From the IMG/VR virus record IMGVR_UViG_3300042945_003044: a stretch of 64,000 nt of DNA; one strand, written 5' to 3'. Origin of the DNA: a virus. The notes below the pieces were generated by a model. The model did no database searches, was not told where the DNA came from, and worked only from the letters and a program-made list of their open reading frames with translations. This document shows positions 48,759 through 59,375 of this stretch, one piece after another (position 1 is the first letter of the stretch; each line of letters begins with the position of its first letter). The position numbers and the translations under genes were made by a program.

Positions 48759-49400
48759 TTAGTATCCTAGTTGACTAGCTATCTTTTTCATAGCCGCTAG
48801 TCTATCTGTAAACATTGTAAAATGCAAGAATCTTAAGTCTTGTGGTAGTCCTCTACGGTCATGAACATGAGGATTCCATAAATAGTCTAGTTCTTTAAAT
48901 GGTATATTAAAGTGCTTAGGTAAAGAAACCACAGTTTCGTCTGGATCAAAACCTAATTCATGCATGACTGCCGCTTGTTCCCACCATCCGCTACTACGAC
49001 TAAATCTATTGTGTTGCCATAGATTATCTAACCAATTTAAACTTTGTTGTGTTAACACCCATACGCCACAGTTCGGTATTTTACCTATTGGCACATCGTG
49101 TATTACTAATCCCATATGGTCCTGCGGCATCAGAGAATCCGAAATATCTAGTGAATCATCACATATAAGCACATCGGAATCTATCCACAAAACTAAGTCG
49201 TAATCATGTAGTAGTTTTGATAGTAATTCTACCTTCCACCAAGAATAAGGATACGTTTTAGTTTTATCCGAAAAAAAACCTTGCGATGGAAAAAAACAGT
49301 CGTAAGAATGTTTTGATGAGTATCTATAAAATGATGGGGCTGCAATTTCTAGTAGCTTATCGTGTCCATCAAATCCGAAAGAAGTTAGTATCTTTTTCAT
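48759..49400 (-). CDS. Glycosyltransferase, GT34 (GMA12/MNN10)-like
   Basis: W.KV, LWIDSDV, PNCGVW, WEQAA. Confidence 0.75.
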   Translation of the reverse strand: MKKILTSFGFDGHDKLLEIAAPSFYRYSSKHSYDCFFPSQGFFSDKTKTYPYSWWKVELLSKLLHDYDLVLWIDSDVLICDDSLDISDSLMPQDHMGLVIHDVPIGKIPNCGVWVLTQQSLNWLDNLWQHNRFSRSSGWWEQAAVMHELGFDPDETVVSLPKHFNIPFKELDYLWNPHVHDRRGLPQDLRFLHFTMFTDRLAAMKKIASQLGY

Positions 49401-49401
49401 C

Positions 49402-49689
49402 TTATTCTGCGTCTATATGCTTTTGAATAACGCTAACTATCATTCTTCTCATATGCTGTCTTTCATTTTCGGAATATCCAAATGTGAATTCTGGAGATCT
49501 GTCTAGATCGAAATCAGGATAAAATAACTTACACTGTTTATCGATTGTGTCTAGAGATAGTTCTTTTGGCAACATAACATTATTACTTAGAAGATTAGAT
49601 AATTGTTTAATAACTTCTGGATCTTCTTTGTGTTTATTTTTCAATCTTTTTATAAACCAAAGCAAAAAACTTTTATCTTTTTTTGTCAT
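49402..49689 (-). CDS. Hypothetical protein
   Basis: About 95 aa ORF in operon. Confidence 0.55.
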   Translation of the reverse strand: MTKKDKSFLLWFIKRLKNKHKEDPEVIKQLSNLLSNNVMLPKELSLDTIDKQCKLFYPDFDLDRSPEFTFGYSENERQHMRRMIVSVIQKHIDAE

Positions 49690-50275
49690 TTTTATTCGCG
49701 TAAACAAAAACCTTTTGTTTCCCCCAAATATCTTCGATTAGGTCACTAATAAAATCCCAATTGCCTCCGGCTAGTCCGCTACCGAATTTGGGACAATGAA
49801 TCTCTACATTTTCTGTTTTATTAAAAAAACCAGTATTGTTAGCTATATATTGAGCTACAGAACTCATGGCCTTCACTAAACCAAAATAATTAAGAGGTCT
49901 AGCGTTGTTGGGTCCTATTACTCCATTCTGAGCTATCATGTTAACTATATATAATTTATGTTTATATTTGGCTTCTTCGAAGACCTTAATCACTTGAGCA
50001 TATCCCATATTCTTTTGCAGGAAGCCCTTGCCTAGCAAGTGATAGTCTGTCTTAACAGACGGATACCTATCCGCTATTTGGGCAGCAAACCCAGCGCCAA
50101 ATAGGTCTATATTGTTACAAACATGAGGTACGAATACCGTGGCACCAGAGTGGTCCCCTCTTACTCTTTTTTCTATTACGTCAAAAATAGAGGAATTAGA
50201 AATTGAATAAGACTTATAGTTTTTTTTATTAGTAGTAATATTATTCATAATTGTTACCTTATAATTTTGCTCCAT
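49673..50275 (-). CDS. Macrodomain protein (ADP-ribose glycohydrolase-like)
   Basis: HVCNN...GAGFA, NMIAQ, PKFGSGLAGGNW. Confidence 0.85.
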   Translation of the reverse strand: MEQNYKVTIMNNITTNKKNYKSYSISNSSIFDVIEKRVRGDHSGATVFVPHVCNNIDLFGAGFAAQIADRYPSVKTDYHLLGKGFLQKNMGYAQVIKVFEEAKYKHKLYIVNMIAQNGVIGPNNARPLNYFGLVKAMSSVAQYIANNTGFFNKTENVEIHCPKFGSGLAGGNWDFISDLIEDIWGKQKVFVYANKNDKKR

Positions 50276-50505
50276 TTACCGGCGGGACATTCCTGATCTG
50301 CCCATGCTAGCTTATTTAAGAATTTACTTTTCTTGCTAATCGCACAGCCGCACAAATTACACTCCTGTTTGGTCTTATTAAAGTCAGAACATTCGGCGCA
50401 TATGGAATACCTCTGGTCTATTTCTGCTTGTGTGGACTTTGGTGATCCGGCCCAAATATGAAAGACCAGGGACTTTATAAAAGTTTTAAGTTTAAGAAGG
50501 AACAT
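50254..50505 (-). CDS. Small Cys-rich protein (DUF6171-like)
   Basis: R..IC..C...C..CGC...K...CP.GKW. Confidence 0.65.
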   Translation of the reverse strand: MFLLKLKTFIKSLVFHIWAGSPKSTQAEIDQRYSICAECSDFNKTKQECNLCGCAISKKSKFLNKLAWADQECPAGKWSKIIR

Positions 50506-50725
50506 CTTTCTTTCTTTCCTTGATAGCTATAATGGCATTCTCTTTATCTATAGTAAAAATATCTATTGAGTCAACGACTTCTTCTGGCTTTATCCATCTA
50601 GAAGATCCTGTTTTTAGTGATACGCACAACCTGTAGCCATTTGACTTAAAGTCGGAGGTTAAGATAAAGTAATCACCAGACAAGCCAAAGCAGTCTCCGT
50701 GAAGAAGTTCTTCTATGTATTTCAT
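50492..50725 (-). CDS. Small beta-rich (SH3/KOW-like) hypothetical protein
   Basis: EEL..GDCF...G.YF...CVSLKTGS pattern shared with 14648-14827. Confidence 0.55.
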   Translation of the reverse strand: MKYIEELLHGDCFGLSGDYFILTSDFKSNGYRLCVSLKTGSSRWIKPEEVVDSIDIFTIDKENAIIAIKERKKDVPS

Positions 50726-50745
50726 TTGTGGTTATAGATTGTTTT

Positions 50746-50937
50746 TTAATGATTATAGTATCTGTCCCAATCTCTCCACTCTTCTTCTTCGAATTCTTCC
50801 TGAATCTTTTTCTTTTCTCTTTTTATTTCACTATTTCTAGGGAAATCGTCTTCCGGAAAACCTCTTTTTGTTTTCTTCTTTTGTAAATTAGCCCGACGTT
50901 CTTCCTTTTTGTTGGGCTGTTCGTCTCTTTGCTTCAT
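50746..50937 (-). CDS. Small highly charged hypothetical protein
   Basis: First gene of the minus-strand block; K/R/E-rich. Confidence 0.55.
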   Translation of the reverse strand: MKQRDEQPNKKEERRANLQKKKTKRGFPEDDFPRNSEIKREKKKIQEEFEEEEWRDWDRYYNH

Positions 50938-50947
50938 CTTTTTCTAA

Positions 50948-51066
50948 ATTATACGAGTCAAGTAACAAACTTAAACACACAAAGTCATAATACACCCCTA
51001 GACCAAAAAGTCAACCCTCAAATAAAAATTTCGTCCCTTGCTCTACCCACGATAAAAGATTATATA
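50948..51066. promoter_or_regulatory. Divergent promoter region
   Basis: Minus strand TTGACT-16-TATTAT overlapping GGTGTAT (50990-50996) plus a second TATAAT near 50950; plus strand TTGCTC-17-TATATA. Confidence 0.5.
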
Positions 51067-51113
51067 TTATGCAGCTCCGGTGGATATTATTATTACTTAC
51101 AGAGTTATAACCT

Positions 51114-52787
51114 ATGAGTTCAGATAAGACAACTATTGTTACTGGTATATGGGATCTTGGTAGAGGAGATATAAGCGATGGTGGATTAGGGGACGGGGTT
51201 TGGAGAAGAGGTTTTGATCACTATATAACACAATTTAAGAACCTACTTTCTGCTACAAAAAACACAAATCTAATTATTTTCATAGACCCATCAATAGAAC
51301 ATATAGTATGGGAAATAAGAGAAAAGTCTAATACTGCCGTATATTATCATACAAAGGATGACTTTAAGGGGAATTTTTTCCCTTTTTTCGATCAAGTGCA
51401 AGATATTAGAACAAATGAGAGATGGTTATCTCAAAACGGATGGATAAGAGATAGTACTCAAGCTCAAATGCCTTATTATAATCCTATGGTTATGAGCAAG
51501 ATGTTCTTATTGAATAATGCTAGAATATACAATCCTTTTAATTCAGAATATATGTTTTGGTTAGATGGGGGCATTACCAATACAGTACATCCTGGTTATT
51601 TTAGTCATGACAATGTTATAGAAAAAATAGAAAAAATAGTCTCTAAATTCCTTTTTGTCTGTTTTCCATATGATAGTACTACAGATATTCATGGTTTTTA
51701 TTTAGACGATATGAAAAAATTCGCTCATAGCGAAGAAGTTAATCGGGTTGCTCGCGGAGGTTTTTTTGGAGGAAAAGTAGATTACATAGGCAAAGCTAAC
51801 GAAGTTTATTATGGCCTATTAGATTCATCTTTAAGATCAGGATGTATGGGTACAGAAGAAAGCATTTTTACCTTAATGACATATCTTGACAATGATTTCG
51901 AGTTTGAATCAATCAATAATGATGGGCTTGTGTCTACTTTTTTTGAGAATGTTAAAAACGGAAATACAAAGCTTCAACCATTAACCAAAATAAAACAGTA
52001 TACCAAAGACAATATACAGTTATATATTAATGCTTTTAATTCTCCTGATCAATTACAAATGGTGCTAGACTCTTTTGAAAAATATGACAAAAACTTTTTA
52101 GACAAAACAGAAAAAATATTAATTAATAATAGTACTAAAGATAGCTTATTTGAAAAATATGATGAGATTAGAGCGAGATATGGCTTTTCTGAAATTAGAG
52201 AAGGCAATCTAGGAGTTTGCGGAGCGAGACAAAGAGCCGCTGGCCTGTTTAAAGAATCCGGATCAAAATATATGTTCTTTTTTGAGGACGATATGTTGTT
52301 GGATTTAGCTGCCGGGGCCAGGTGTCCTTTTGGATTTAATAAACAAATACCAGATTTTTTTAATTGGATTGTTAAGCTTATGGACAAAGAATCTTATGAT
52401 TTTATTAAGTTTAGCTTTAGTGAATTTTATGGACACAACGGAGACCAATGGAGCTGGCATAACGTTCCTGAACCAAGAAAAACAGAATTTTTTGGCAAAG
52501 TACACAATAGACCACCTACAAAATTTAAAAATATAAAATCTTTAGACGGTAATCCATATGCTGACGGTGAGGTTTACTACTCTAATTGGCCTCATATTAT
52601 AGGTCAAGAAGGCAATCAAAAACTATTTTTAGATACAACATGGAATCATCCGTTTGAGCAAACATGGATGAGTCATATATATAGTCTTACAAGAGAAGAT
52701 AAAGTTAATCCAGCTATTCTATTAGCTAGTCCAATCACACATAACAGAGTACATTTTTATGAAGGCCAAGAAAGAAAAGAAAATTAA
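51114..52787 (+). CDS. HtrL/YibB-like domain fused to a GT-A (GT2-like) domain
   Basis: TIVTG.WD.GR, K..LL..A...NPF...WLDGG, GGFFGG; C-terminal FFEDD. Confidence 0.75.
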   Translation: MSSDKTTIVTGIWDLGRGDISDGGLGDGVWRRGFDHYITQFKNLLSATKNTNLIIFIDPSIEHIVWEIREKSNTAVYYHTKDDFKGNFFPFFDQVQDIRTNERWLSQNGWIRDSTQAQMPYYNPMVMSKMFLLNNARIYNPFNSEYMFWLDGGITNTVHPGYFSHDNVIEKIEKIVSKFLFVCFPYDSTTDIHGFYLDDMKKFAHSEEVNRVARGGFFGGKVDYIGKANEVYYGLLDSSLRSGCMGTEESIFTLMTYLDNDFEFESINNDGLVSTFFENVKNGNTKLQPLTKIKQYTKDNIQLYINAFNSPDQLQMVLDSFEKYDKNFLDKTEKILINNSTKDSLFEKYDEIRARYGFSEIREGNLGVCGARQRAAGLFKESGSKYMFFFEDDMLLDLAAGARCPFGFNKQIPDFFNWIVKLMDKESYDFIKFSFSEFYGHNGDQWSWHNVPEPRKTEFFGKVHNRPPTKFKNIKSLDGNPYADGEVYYSNWPHIIGQEGNQKLFLDTTWNHPFEQTWMSHIYSLTREDKVNPAILLASPITHNRVHFYEGQERKEN

Positions 52788-54057
52788 AACCTCCTCAACT
52801 AAGCCGGAAACCATATTTGTTCAAATAGCTGCCTATAGAGATCCACAGCTAGTGCCAACTCTGAAAGACATGTTGTCTAAAGCTAAGTATCCAGACAATA
52901 TCAGGATAGGAATAGCTTGGCAGCATTCTTCTGATGATGCTTGGGACTCTTTGGATGAGTTTAAGGACGATCCAAGATTTAGGATAAAGGATATTAATTA
53001 TCTTGAATCTAAGGGAGTTTGCTGGGCAAGAAACTTAGTACAGTCTCTATACGATGGAGAAACTTACACCCTGCAACTAGACTCTCATCATAGATTTGTG
53101 GAAAACTGGGATGCTATCCTAATAGATATGCTAAAAGGACTACAGCAGTCCGGGCATCCAAAACCCCTAATAACCAGTTATATACCAAGTTTTGATCCCG
53201 ACAACGATCCAGCCGGAAGGGTTAACGAGCCATGGAAAATGAATTTTGATAGATTTATTCCAGAGGGCGCCGTCTTCTTTCTTCCTGCATCATTCGATTC
53301 CTGGGATGATAAAAGCAGGCCGTTACCAGCTAGATTTTATAGCGCTCACTTTGCTTTTAGCTTAGGTTCTTTTGCCACAGAAGTAAAACACGATCCTAAC
53401 TATTATTTTCATGGAGAAGAAATAAGCATAGCTGTTAGAGCATATACTCATGGTTATGACCTATTCCATCCTAATGTGATGGTTTGTTGGCATGAATATA
53501 CTCGTAAGGGAAGAACAAAGCAATGGGATGACGATAAAATTTGGGTACAGAGAAATAACAATTCGCATTTAAGAAACCGTAAACTTTTTGGGATGGATGG
53601 AGAGGTTCAGGATATAGATTTTGGAGAATATGGTTTTGGCAATCAAAGAACATTAAGAGATTATGAAAAGTATTCTGGTTTGTGTTTCTCAAAAAGAGCC
53701 GTTACTCAATATGTGTTAGATCATAAGGCCCCTCCAGATCCTAGTCAAAATAGTGATGATGCAACCTTTGAAGCTTCATTACTCAGTATTTTTAAGCATT
53801 GTATAGATATAGGATTTGCTCAAGTTCCCGAAAATGATTATGACTTTTGGGCTGTTGCTTTTAAAGATAAAGAAGGTAACGACGTATACAGGAAAGATGC
53901 TGATGCCAACGAGATACTTTCTATGAAAAATGATCCTGACGGATATTGTAAAGTATGGAGAGAGTTTCAAACTATGATAAAGCCCTATAGCTGGATAGTA
54001 TGGCCCCATAGTATTAGTAAGGGATGGGCTGATCCTATAACAGGTATTCTGCCCTAA
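52759..54057 (+). CDS. GT60-like polypeptide GlcNAc-transferase (Skp1 hydroxyproline GlcNAc-T family)
   Basis: IFVQIAAYRDP.L..TL, GVCWAR, LQLDSHHRF..WD, FHGEEI...RAYTHGYD..HP, GNQRTL.DY. Confidence 0.82.
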   Translation: MKAKKEKKIKTSSTKPETIFVQIAAYRDPQLVPTLKDMLSKAKYPDNIRIGIAWQHSSDDAWDSLDEFKDDPRFRIKDINYLESKGVCWARNLVQSLYDGETYTLQLDSHHRFVENWDAILIDMLKGLQQSGHPKPLITSYIPSFDPDNDPAGRVNEPWKMNFDRFIPEGAVFFLPASFDSWDDKSRPLPARFYSAHFAFSLGSFATEVKHDPNYYFHGEEISIAVRAYTHGYDLFHPNVMVCWHEYTRKGRTKQWDDDKIWVQRNNNSHLRNRKLFGMDGEVQDIDFGEYGFGNQRTLRDYEKYSGLCFSKRAVTQYVLDHKAPPDPSQNSDDATFEASLLSIFKHCIDIGFAQVPENDYDFWAVAFKDKEGNDVYRKDADANEILSMKNDPDGYCKVWREFQTMIKPYSWIVWPHSISKGWADPITGILP

Positions 54058-54063
54058 AACATC

Positions 54064-54450
54064 ATGATAATCGATATAGTACCAAATCATCCCAAATATT
54101 TTTCTTTTATTAGGCAATTGCGTTTGGATTCAGAAAATATAGATGGTTTTATACAACAACAAGATTTTAGCGAGGCCGATCACCTTAAATACATGGATGA
54201 ATTTGGTAATAATTACTATATAGCCCTAATTGATAATGTTCCTGTTGGCTGGGTTGGTAGCGTGAACAATGATATAAGAATAGCCGTTCACCCCAAATAT
54301 AAAAATATTGGAGTAGGCAAGGCATTAATAAGCTTCATAAATAAAGAATACCCAAGAGCTTATGCAAAAATAAAAACTAATAATATAGCTAGTATCAAGT
54401 TATTTGAGAGTTGTGGTTTTAAACAAACTTTTATAGTGATGGAAAAATAA
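54064..54450 (+). CDS. GNAT N-acetyltransferase
   Basis: VHPKYKNIGVGK, NIASIKLFESCGF. Confidence 0.85.
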   Translation: MIIDIVPNHPKYFSFIRQLRLDSENIDGFIQQQDFSEADHLKYMDEFGNNYYIALIDNVPVGWVGSVNNDIRIAVHPKYKNIGVGKALISFINKEYPRAYAKIKTNNIASIKLFESCGFKQTFIVMEK

Positions 54451-55088
54451 TGTACCATAAAATTAAATATAATCCATTTAACATAGTAAGGGCATTCGAA
54501 GAAGAGGTGTCTTTATATACCGGCTCTAGGTACGCAGTCGCCGTAGATAGCTGTACCAATGCTATTTTTTTAACGTGTAAATATCTAGGAGTTAAAGAGG
54601 TAACTATCCCAGCGAAAACCTACCTATCTGTACCTCAATCTATTATACACGCTGGTGGAGAGGTAGTATTTGACAAAACAGAACAGGCTAATAGCTGGAG
54701 AGGCATTTATCAATTAAAACCATATCCTATATATGATGCGGCTAAAAGATTTAGACATAATATGTATATTCCAGGATCGTATATGTGTTTATCTTTTCAT
54801 ATAAAAAAGCACTTAAAGATCAGCAAAGGAGGCATGGTTTTAACGGATGATGATAAGGCGTATGAATGGCTTAAGCAGGCTAGATATGAAGGCAGGCATG
54901 AGGTATATTATAAAGATGATGATATTGATATGCTTGGATGGAATATGTATATGACGCCACAACAAGCCGCGCACGGATTAGCTTTGATGCAGAATATGCC
55001 ATTGGACAATCCTGATTTAGATGAAAATAATGGATATAGGGATTTGACAGAATTTTCTGTTTTTAAGCAAAATAAGGTCGTGGGATAA
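54450..55088 (+). CDS. DegT/DnrJ/EryC1/StrS sugar aminotransferase, short form
   Basis: AVAVDSCTNA, YDAA, SFHIKKHL (PLP Lys), GG. Confidence 0.8.
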   Translation: MYHKIKYNPFNIVRAFEEEVSLYTGSRYAVAVDSCTNAIFLTCKYLGVKEVTIPAKTYLSVPQSIIHAGGEVVFDKTEQANSWRGIYQLKPYPIYDAAKRFRHNMYIPGSYMCLSFHIKKHLKISKGGMVLTDDDKAYEWLKQARYEGRHEVYYKDDDIDMLGWNMYMTPQQAAHGLALMQNMPLDNPDLDENNGYRDLTEFSVFKQNKVVG

Positions 55089-55855
55089 TGAAAATTTGCT
55101 TTGCTCTCGACTGTCATTATCCAAACTATGTCAATATGCTAAAAAAGGGCATTCTAAAACAATTTATTGACTTTGATTTACAGTCTGATAATATAGCTTT
55201 TTTTATCTCAACTAACGCGCCAGAGCTGCTTAAAGACTATGCAAATATACGAAATATTCATGTCTATGATATTGAACGGCTAAGAGTAAATAACGAATGT
55301 TCGAAAGAGCACGAGATATTACCTATCGATCCAACGGGCATCTACCCAGGTAGATTTCCTTGGAATCTAGAAAGATTTATTATTAAAGAAGCAGCTCTTA
55401 ATAATTATGATCATATTATTAGTCTGGACTCGGATGTTAGAATAACTGCTCCAGATAGAAACTCGTTTTTAAGTGATATGATGTCGTCTTTTGAAAATAA
55501 TAATTCTATCATTACTAATCAAGCTATATTTCAATATAAAGATAAATCACCAGGAGAGGTCTTCGAACTACATCATAAATATATTGAGCACTTTAAGTTA
55601 AATTATTCTGATGATAAATATAATTCTATGGATGGTCCAGTAATCGTGTATAATAGCGTAGATGCTAAAGCTATACTAGAATATATTGATATTTGGAATG
55701 ATTTCACAGATTTTGGATACAAGAGAGATTATGGTTTTGGTTATGGAGGAGTAGTCTGCGGTAATTGGTCTTTATCACTAGCTGTCTCTGGTTTTGAACT
55801 AAAACATAAATCTTTACCTCTTGTTCCTTTTCATGATTATGCTGCGAGATATTGA
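55088..55855 (+). CDS. Putative GT-A glycosyltransferase
   Basis: IISLDSDV DxD motif; glycan operon context. Confidence 0.55.
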   Translation: MKICFALDCHYPNYVNMLKKGILKQFIDFDLQSDNIAFFISTNAPELLKDYANIRNIHVYDIERLRVNNECSKEHEILPIDPTGIYPGRFPWNLERFIIKEAALNNYDHIISLDSDVRITAPDRNSFLSDMMSSFENNNSIITNQAIFQYKDKSPGEVFELHHKYIEHFKLNYSDDKYNSMDGPVIVYNSVDAKAILEYIDIWNDFTDFGYKRDYGFGYGGVVCGNWSLSLAVSGFELKHKSLPLVPFHDYAARY

Positions 55856-57417
55856 AAATGTTTACTATAAAACAAATACCATTAGCAGATCATGGGTATT
55901 ATATCAATTTGGATTCCTCTGTTGAGAGAAAAGACTCTATGGAATCCTTGATTTCGCAGTTTGATATTACCGGCGTAACCAGATTTTCTGCCTTAACGGA
56001 TCCTCTCAGACAAGCCTCATGCACCAAAAGTCATCAAGAAGTATTTAGAGATGCGATATCTAAAAATTATGAAACCATATGTGTCTTAGAGGATGATATA
56101 AATATTTATGATAGGTGTAGATATGTAGGTTCTATATCAACAGATTTATTTTTATATTTATCAGAACTTAAAAAAACATTAGATCAAACGGAATGGGATC
56201 TGGTGGCTCTTGGTATTAACCCTAACAAAAAACTTATTCCTGTTAATTCTTACTTAGCTATTAACAGTGGAAGCACAGGTTCTTGGGCCTATCTTATAAA
56301 AAAAAGAGCTTATGAATATATATTAAATAGTTTTAATTATAATAGGGACTATTTAGCTATAGACAATATTATTCCTCTTATTAACACAAAAGGGTTTAAG
56401 TCTTATGCTACTATGCCGATGGTTATTCATCATAAGGATGGTTTCTTATCCGACATGGCCCCTCATGTCGGAAGAACATTCTATTCTGGCTGGATAGATG
56501 GTTCTTGGTATGGCAATTTATATGAGCCTTATAATCTAGTGAATAGCGATAATATAGAAGACCTATCTAATAAGCTATTACTAAATTCTTCTATAGAAAG
56601 AAAACTAACCATAGTTATAGCCGGACACTTTTGTGAAAATTTTCTATTTTATCTAAAATATTTATTTAAAAGTTTAAATTCTAAATTATTAAATTGTAGA
56701 TTTATCGTTGTTTACGATCAAGCCAATGCTACATATGAAGACAAACTGCAGTTGCAATATTATTTTAAAGATTTTAGAGATGTAAATGTAGAAATATGTT
56801 ATTCAAACTATGGTTTAATTAGTTCTATATCGACAGCTTTACCTCTAATAAAAACTGAGTATTTCTTATTTCTTGAGCATGATTGGATTTTCTTAGACCC
56901 CAATAGCATAGACTTTAATAATTTAATAAATGCTTTTGATTCTTATAATTTTATTCATTCTGTATGGTTTAACAAGGACGATAATCAACTCAAAGGTTTT
57001 GAAATAGGCGCGGATGTGACCGGGAGGGAAACTCCTTATGGTCCGGAAGATAGAGTGAATGGAATAAATCTAACAACCACAATCAGATGGTCAAATAATC
57101 CAGCTGTCCATAGAACCGCTAAATATAAAGAACTATTTTATAAATATGTTGCAAATCAACACATGGATTCAGTCCATCAAGGATCTAATAATGTTGAAGA
57201 AGCCCTGATAGACAATTACCGTAAAGAGGTATTGTCCCATCATTGGGAAGAGATTAGGGATTCATGGGGCACTTTTCTGTATGGAAAAATAGGGGAAGGT
57301 CCTTTTGTGGGACATTTAGACGCTTCCAAGAGATATCAGGTAGGAATTAACAGAACAATGGCAGAAGATAATGCTGATTTATATATTAAAAATAATCCTC
57401 TATTAAATAATGAGTAA
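55852..57417 (+). CDS. GT25 plus GT2-like fusion glycosyltransferase
   Basis: YINLD...RK, C..SH, VLEDD; second domain FLEHDW, WSNNP. Confidence 0.8.
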   Translation: MKMFTIKQIPLADHGYYINLDSSVERKDSMESLISQFDITGVTRFSALTDPLRQASCTKSHQEVFRDAISKNYETICVLEDDINIYDRCRYVGSISTDLFLYLSELKKTLDQTEWDLVALGINPNKKLIPVNSYLAINSGSTGSWAYLIKKRAYEYILNSFNYNRDYLAIDNIIPLINTKGFKSYATMPMVIHHKDGFLSDMAPHVGRTFYSGWIDGSWYGNLYEPYNLVNSDNIEDLSNKLLLNSSIERKLTIVIAGHFCENFLFYLKYLFKSLNSKLLNCRFIVVYDQANATYEDKLQLQYYFKDFRDVNVEICYSNYGLISSISTALPLIKTEYFLFLEHDWIFLDPNSIDFNNLINAFDSYNFIHSVWFNKDDNQLKGFEIGADVTGRETPYGPEDRVNGINLTTTIRWSNNPAVHRTAKYKELFYKYVANQHMDSVHQGSNNVEEALIDNYRKEVLSHHWEEIRDSWGTFLYGKIGEGPFVGHLDASKRYQVGINRTMAEDNADLYIKNNPLLNNE

Positions 57418-57420
57418 ATC

Positions 57421-58068
57421 ATGGCTCATAATTTGCTTAAACATATCTATTATATTAATTTAGACCATAGGACAGACAGAAAAGAACAAATAGAAGCAGA
57501 GCTTATTAGAATGGGATTGAAGGGGACAAGATTCCCCGGCACTATATACTGCGCAACAGAACCAGACAGGTTTAATAATAAAAATATCTATAATCCTAAT
57601 GCCATAGGTTGTCATATATCTCATTTAAACCTAATAAAATTAGCCAGAGATAAAAAGCTATCGAACATACTCATATTAGAAGATGATTTTCAGTTTATTG
57701 TTAATAAAGAAGAGCTAGAATTTCAAATTACAGCTTTTAATAATCTAAATATTGAATACAATGTGGTGTTTTTAGGATATAACGTAAAAGAATCAGAACC
57801 ATTTAATGATCTGATAAGTTATGGTAGATCGGTGCAGACTGCAAGTGGTTATGTTGTCAATCAAAACTTTTATGATATATTAATAGAAAACCTAGAAACA
57901 AATCTAGAGCAACATATAAGAACACAGCAGTCTTGGGCCTATTGTAGTGATCAATGTTGGAAATCTTTACAAAAAGAACACAATTTCTTTTATTTCAATA
58001 CTAGAATTGGACAACAAAGAATGAGCTATAGCGATATTGAAAACGCGGTAGTATGCTACGGCGTTTAG
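57421..58068 (+). CDS. GT25 family glycosyltransferase
   Basis: YINLDHRTDR, GCHISH, ILEDD, DQ.W, QR.SYSDI. Confidence 0.88.
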   Translation: MAHNLLKHIYYINLDHRTDRKEQIEAELIRMGLKGTRFPGTIYCATEPDRFNNKNIYNPNAIGCHISHLNLIKLARDKKLSNILILEDDFQFIVNKEELEFQITAFNNLNIEYNVVFLGYNVKESEPFNDLISYGRSVQTASGYVVNQNFYDILIENLETNLEQHIRTQQSWAYCSDQCWKSLQKEHNFFYFNTRIGQQRMSYSDIENAVVCYGV

Positions 58069-58080
58069 TTATATACAAAT

Positions 58081-58746
58081 ATGGAAATATATAACCCTAA
58101 TCAACAATTGTTTTGTGAACTAGAAAATTTTCTGAGATATTTCTATAGAGAAATAGAAACGCCCATAGCCATTATGCATCATCGTGCGGATATCGATAGA
58201 CCTCAAATACTTTATAATACCGAGCAGTTAACGCGACCAGATCTATATAGCACTATCAATAATTATCAACATAAAAATATTTTAGAAATTTGGGATTATA
58301 GCTTAGTAAATATTAAAATTTTAAACTCGGCCGGTATCTATAATACTAAATATGTTCCATTAAAAATTTGGCCTGAATATCAGACAAAACTACAACAATA
58401 TTGTGAAAATTCATCTTTTGAGTTCGATATTGGTTTTTGTGGATGGGTTTATGGTGACCATAGAGTTAAAATACTAAATTCTATTAAACAATTAACTAAT
58501 ATTAGCATAGATATAATAGACGGTCTTTATGGAGACGATAGGGATCAAAGACTAGCTAGATGTCGGATGATACTTAATATTCATTTTAACGAAAACTATA
58601 AAATATTTGAACAATATCGTTGTTTTGCTTGGCTAGACATAGGAAAAGTAGTATTATCAGAAAACAGTCTGGATAATGACCCCAGATGTATCAATGTATC
58701 ATATGATGAAATTGTACCAACACTAATGAAAGTTTTAAATAAATGA
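58081..58746 (+). CDS. Glycosyltransferase-like protein (CgeB/Glyco_trans_1_2-like)
   Basis: DIGFCG...R, LNIH...FE..R...VLSE. Confidence 0.6.
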   Translation: MEIYNPNQQLFCELENFLRYFYREIETPIAIMHHRADIDRPQILYNTEQLTRPDLYSTINNYQHKNILEIWDYSLVNIKILNSAGIYNTKYVPLKIWPEYQTKLQQYCENSSFEFDIGFCGWVYGDHRVKILNSIKQLTNISIDIIDGLYGDDRDQRLARCRMILNIHFNENYKIFEQYRCFAWLDIGKVVLSENSLDNDPRCINVSYDEIVPTLMKVLNK

Positions 58747-59375
58747 TTTCTTTTGCCACGGCTGATTTACTCTTAAAAAGACCAAATACTACGGTTGATG
58801 CTAGTATTATTTCTAGAGATCAGATAAGATATCTACTAGCTTTATTAGAGTCTACTATAGACTCAAAGATAGAGGGAGATGTCGTAGAATTTGGCTGTTT
58901 TGTCGGGGAATCATCTAAGTATTTTAGAATGATGCTGGATACAAAACTTTCTTCTAAGCAACTATACGTATATGATTCATTTGAGGGGCTTCCTGAACTT
59001 GGAGAATATGAGAAGAATACTGGTTGGAGAGCAGGAACCCTAAAGACCACAGAAGATATATTAAAACAAAATTTTAATCAAAATGGACTACTTCCGCCGA
59101 ATATAACAAAAGGATGGTTTTGCGATGTACCAGAAAACAAGATTCCGGATAAGATAAGCTTTGCTTTCCTAGATGGTGATTTTTACCAAAGTATTTATGA
59201 TAGTTTCTCTAAAATTTATTCTAGACTTTCTATCGGCTCTGTGGTAGTATTTCATGATTATGAGAGACCAGATTTACCAGGAGTCAAAGCTGCTGTGGAA
59301 GATATTTTGCAAGACAGGCCTAACAAGATCCTATTTAAAATTTTTGATCAATTAGGAGTTTATATTCATGTCTAA
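58743..59375 (+). CDS. TylF/MycF-family sugar O-methyltransferase
   Basis: GDVVEFGCFVG, DSFEGLP, KGWF, LDGDFYQS, HDY...GVK.AV. Confidence 0.9.
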   Translation: MISFATADLLLKRPNTTVDASIISRDQIRYLLALLESTIDSKIEGDVVEFGCFVGESSKYFRMMLDTKLSSKQLYVYDSFEGLPELGEYEKNTGWRAGTLKTTEDILKQNFNQNGLLPPNITKGWFCDVPENKIPDKISFAFLDGDFYQSIYDSFSKIYSRLSIGSVVVFHDYERPDLPGVKAAVEDILQDRPNKILFKIFDQLGVYIHV

